A DNA stretch of 64,000 bases from Nitrosotalea sp. GTDB lineage: Archaea > Thermoproteota > Nitrososphaeria > Nitrososphaerales > Nitrosopumilaceae. The stretch lies in NCBI GenBank assembly GCA_028580875.1, contig JAJSDS010000001.1:3295-67294 (forward strand), in the 5' to 3' direction. Below the pieces are notes generated by a model. The model saw only the letters and a list, made by a program, of their open reading frames with translations, did not search any database and was not told where the DNA came from. Below are positions 60,525 to 64,000 of the stretch, piece after piece. A program made the position numbers and the translations under genes. Position 1 is the first letter of the stretch. Every line of letters begins with the position of its first letter.

Positions 60525-61517
60525 ATGGCAAAAAACAAAACGATTGCAATTGCCGCGATTCTCATCATGATGGCATCAACTGTTACAAGTTTTCAACTAG
60601 TGCATGCAGCAAGTGCAGCAAACATTGAGATTACAAACCCCCAAGTCAGTCCATCACTAGTCAGGGTGGGAGATGAATTTGCAATCAATGCAACCCTTGT
60701 CAACAATTCTACTGATATCATAACAGTGCACAACGGTTGTGGAGGAGCATTTGTTACAGTTTTTGATAATCATGTTTCAGTTGGCGTAAAAAAAGTATGC
60801 AACTGGATGGCAGTTCAAATAATACTAAAACCAGGTGAGAGCATCCCAGTAACAAGCCTGGCATCAAATCTTGCATACAATGCATCTTCTGCTGGAAATG
60901 TAAATGCAAACGTTACAGTCACATACAGTTCAGCAAACCAAAGTCTTGCTGCATCAGATACAAGCAGTACAGTTTCAAAATCATTCTTGTTTACAATATA
61001 TGAAAATAATCAAACCAACTCAAAACCAGTAACAATATCCTCACCACTAGAACAACTCAGATCAGGCATTGCATCAAACAACATTCAATGCAGACAAGAC
61101 CTTGAACTGATTTTCAAAGCAACCGATGACTCGCCAGCATGTGTAAAGCCATCTACTGCAACTAAACTTGTCATGTGGGGATGGGCAAGATCAACCGAGA
61201 ATGCAAATGCAGAAAGCATATCCACTATCAAGACCATCACGCTAGACGACAATGGCAAATCAATTTACATCAACAAAGGAGAACGATTTTTGGTAAAACT
61301 TGGTAGCAACTTTATCTGGAATATTCAAATTGGTAACCAAACAGTTGCAAGCAGAGTAGTCAACATAATGGTAGTCAAAGACGCCCAAGGAGTCTACGAA
61401 GTCCACAATGCAGGCAATGCAACAATAACTGGTGTTGGAGACCCACTATGCCGTACATCAATTCCACCCTGTGAAATACATTCAGTCCTGTTCAGGGCCA
61501 ACATCATTGTACCATAA
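60525..61517 (+). CDS. Secreted protein with Ig-like domain, SPLEQ..CV..GW module and chagasin-like C-terminal domain
   Basis: Signal peptide; SPLEQLRSGI..C..DDSPACVKP..WGW; ITLDDNGKSIYINKGERFLVKL. Confidence 0.8.
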   Translation: MAKNKTIAIAAILIMMASTVTSFQLVHAASAANIEITNPQVSPSLVRVGDEFAINATLVNNSTDIITVHNGCGGAFVTVFDNHVSVGVKKVCNWMAVQIILKPGESIPVTSLASNLAYNASSAGNVNANVTVTYSSANQSLAASDTSSTVSKSFLFTIYENNQTNSKPVTISSPLEQLRSGIASNNIQCRQDLELIFKATDDSPACVKPSTATKLVMWGWARSTENANAESISTIKTITLDDNGKSIYINKGERFLVKLGSNFIWNIQIGNQTVASRVVNIMVVKDAQGVYEVHNAGNATITGVGDPLCRTSIPPCEIHSVLFRANIIVP

Positions 61518-61587
61518 GATGCAATTTGCCAAAATGAATTCTAACTAAGTAAAACGCTTGATATATTTGCAAACATACAACAAAACA

Positions 61588-62550
61588 ATGCAAGATATTC
61601 TTTCAGTGAAGAATTTAAAAAAATACTTTGTAAAAAAGGGATTCACAGGTGCTAGCAAGGAAATCACAAGAGTTGCAGACGATATTTCATTTTCAATTAA
61701 AAATGCCGAGACGTTTGTGCTTGCAGGCGAGTCAGGATCTGGCAAGACCACGATTGCACGCCTCATATTGAGGGCACTAGAGCCTGACTCTGGCACCATA
61801 AGTTTTGATGGACAAGATATAACAAACCAAAAAGATGACTTGAAAAAGATAAGGCTTGGATGCCAGATGGTCCACCAGGATCCTTATGCATCAATCAATC
61901 CAAGGATGACCATTTTGGATATAGTAAAAGAGCCACTTGAAATCCACAACATTGGAAACAAGGAAGAAAGAAGCCGTCTTGCAATGGTTGCGCTAGGCCA
62001 GGTAAAACTAGAGTCAGACGATATTGCATCAAAATACCCACACATGCTATCAGGCGGACAGAGGCAGCGAGTCGCAATAGCGCGTGCAATCGTAACAAAT
62101 CCAAAACTTGTCATCGCAGACGAGCCTGTATCCATGCTTGATGTATCGGTGAGAATCGGAATATTAGAACTGATAAAAGAATTACAAGAAAAACACGGAA
62201 TCTCTTTTTTGTATATCACACATGACTTGTCCACTGCAAGATACATTGGTCACAGGATTGCAATTTTGTATCTTGGAAAGATTGTAGAGACAGGGCCAAT
62301 AAACGAAGTATTATCCAGTCCACGTCACCCATACACTCAGGCACTCATTGATTCAATATCAGAACCAGATCCTGACAACCTACACCGTGATAAAAAAATA
62401 CGAATCAACGAGCCTTCCAATGCAGACGCATACCAAGGCTGCAGGTTCAGACCAAGATGTCCTTATGCAATTGAAAAATGCAAGCAAGAGCCAGAACTTG
62501 AAAAAGTTTCAGAGCAAAGACAGGTTGCGTGCTTTGTCAAGATAGACTAG
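61588..62550 (+). CDS. oppF: Peptide/nickel ABC transporter ATPase (OppF/DppF)
   Basis: GESGSGKT, QDPYAS, LSGGQRQR, ADEPVSMLD, HPYT, GCRFRPRC; ATG 61588. Confidence 0.9.
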   Translation: MQDILSVKNLKKYFVKKGFTGASKEITRVADDISFSIKNAETFVLAGESGSGKTTIARLILRALEPDSGTISFDGQDITNQKDDLKKIRLGCQMVHQDPYASINPRMTILDIVKEPLEIHNIGNKEERSRLAMVALGQVKLESDDIASKYPHMLSGGQRQRVAIARAIVTNPKLVIADEPVSMLDVSVRIGILELIKELQEKHGISFLYITHDLSTARYIGHRIAILYLGKIVETGPINEVLSSPRHPYTQALIDSISEPDPDNLHRDKKIRINEPSNADAYQGCRFRPRCPYAIEKCKQEPELEKVSEQRQVACFVKID

Positions 62551-63998
62551 TTTGCAACTTCTGGCACATTAGAGATTCTGTGTGATACAACATGCGATAC
62601 GCCATTTCTTGGAAATACTCCATAGATGAGAGTGGCCTTTTTGACTACAGAGTCTTTTAGTGACACCATTATCATTTGGCTTCCCTTTGCACGGTCTTCA
62701 AGTATTGTAGAAAGTCTTTCAGTGTTTAATGCATCAAGGTGTGCATCAACCTCATCAAGCAAGTAGAATGGAGAGGGTTTGAGTTTCTGGAGTGCTAGCA
62801 AGAATGTGATTGCAGCCAGTGTCTTTTCACCACCACTGATTGATGTTGATTCTCTTTTTGGTTTGTTTGGAAATTGTACAAGGTATGATATTCCAGATGC
62901 GAAAATGTCATCTTCATTTTGAATCTCAAGCCATGCATTTCCTCCCGTCATCTTACTGAAAATTTCTCGAATGTCTTTATCCACTTTATCATATGATTCC
63001 AAGAAGGTCTGGCGTTTGCCCTTGTCAATTTCTTCAATGAACTTTACAATAGAGTTTCTTTCTTCTTCAAGCTCGTTCTTTCTTGATGACATGGAGCGAT
63101 ATCCATTGGACACATCAACATAGGCTTCAGGTGCCCTAGTATTGAGTGAGCCTGATAGGTTTCGCTTTTCCGATTCAAGTGCAACTAGAATCTGGTCAAC
63201 ATCAAATGATTCCAAAAGTGTGTGATAACCGTATGACTGTAATGTTTTTCTAATCCTTTCTTCATTTTCTACCAAGTCCCGTACATCACGCTCAATGGAA
63301 TCAGACTGTCTTTCCATTCCGTTTACCTCCTTGCTCAGTGTTCTTTCAGATTCATACAGATCCTTTAGCTTTGAATCATATTCTTTAAGCGTTGATACCG
63401 ATGTTCCAGATGTAGAGATTAGTTGTTGTTCTTTTTCTCTCAAGGTTACAAGTGTTGCATCTACTGCTTCCTTTTCTTTTGCAAGTGTTCTTGACTGGAC
63501 CTCAATGTCATACTTTTCATGGTTTAGCGATGATTGTTCTTGTGACAACATTCTGACGTTTGCCTTGAGTGAGTTTTCCTCATTTCCAAGGCTGGTAAGG
63601 TTTCCAGTCAATTCTCTATACTGGGTAGATATGGCACTATGAGAGCCAAGCAGACTAGAACGCTTTTCGTTTAGTGCAGAAAGTTGACTTGCAACCCTTG
63701 CCTGCCCCTCGTCAGCATAGTTCTCCCTAGTTAACGAAATACGCTCGTCAAGTGATGATTCGTATGATTGCAATTTTGAAATGTTTACCATGATACTCTC
63801 TTCTCTTCTTCGCAATTGTGAAATTCTTGACGTGAGTTGGTCTTCTGACAGGCTTAGATTCTTGAGTTTTGCCTTGATATCTGCAAGGCCAAGGCCTACG
63901 TTTGCAAAACCAGTCTCAGAGGAATTATACCTGTTTTCAAGACTGTCAGTGATTCTTTCAAGTTTTTTGAGTTGTCCTTTTTTGTTTTGGATAAATCT
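62547..63998 (-). CDS. smc: Chromosome segregation protein SMC, C-terminal part (gene extends beyond the window)
   Basis: Coiled coil, ISGGEK signature, PFYLLDEVDAHLD; frame open to the window edge. Confidence 0.93.
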   Translation of the reverse strand, partial: RFIQNKKGQLKKLERITDSLENRYNSSETGFANVGLGLADIKAKLKNLSLSEDQLTSRISQLRRREESIMVNISKLQSYESSLDERISLTRENYADEGQARVASQLSALNEKRSSLLGSHSAISTQYRELTGNLTSLGNEENSLKANVRMLSQEQSSLNHEKYDIEVQSRTLAKEKEAVDATLVTLREKEQQLISTSGTSVSTLKEYDSKLKDLYESERTLSKEVNGMERQSDSIERDVRDLVENEERIRKTLQSYGYHTLLESFDVDQILVALESEKRNLSGSLNTRAPEAYVDVSNGYRSMSSRKNELEEERNSIVKFIEEIDKGKRQTFLESYDKVDKDIREIFSKMTGGNAWLEIQNEDDIFASGISYLVQFPNKPKRESTSISGGEKTLAAITFLLALQKLKPSPFYLLDEVDAHLDALNTERLSTILEDRAKGSQMIMVSLKDSVVKKATLIYGVFPRNGVSHVVSHRISNVPEVAN

Positions 63999-64000
63999 CC

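Overview
Chromosomal window of an ammonia-oxidising archaeon (Nitrososphaerota). It is most likely Nitrosotalea-like, judged from rps26e, aRF1, PurP, a carotenoid cleavage dioxygenase and the many MKTLH-type secreted proteins; this assignment is inference. Most of the window is housekeeping: adh, ppsA, rlmN, purP, aRF1, ilvD, trpEGDCBA (no trpF), pyrG, pepF, pdaD, ppa, lsrF, ilvB-ilvN-leuA-leuB, aspS, oppD/oppF and the 3' part of smc. An accessory island at about 39.2-50.6 kb holds a tyrosine integrase, a CTAG-dense non-coding block, an RHH regulator, a TIR-domain gene and a CDC48-N-like gene. These are followed by a head-to-tail array of unrelated secreted genes joined at a near-invariant GAAA-ATGAAAAC junction, with a thrice-repeated promoter and a 36-bp direct repeat. 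This is a candidate archaeal cassette-capture or shuffling system. Just downstream, a 20-codon Ile/Leu/Val-rich leader ORF with an overlapping hairpin and U-tract precedes ilvB, a candidate ribosome-dependent attenuator in an archaeon. Several unannotated Zn-finger microproteins, a candidate small RNA and a four-promoter operator motif were also seen. No tRNA, rRNA or CRISPR array was recognised. All calls were made by eye, without database searches.
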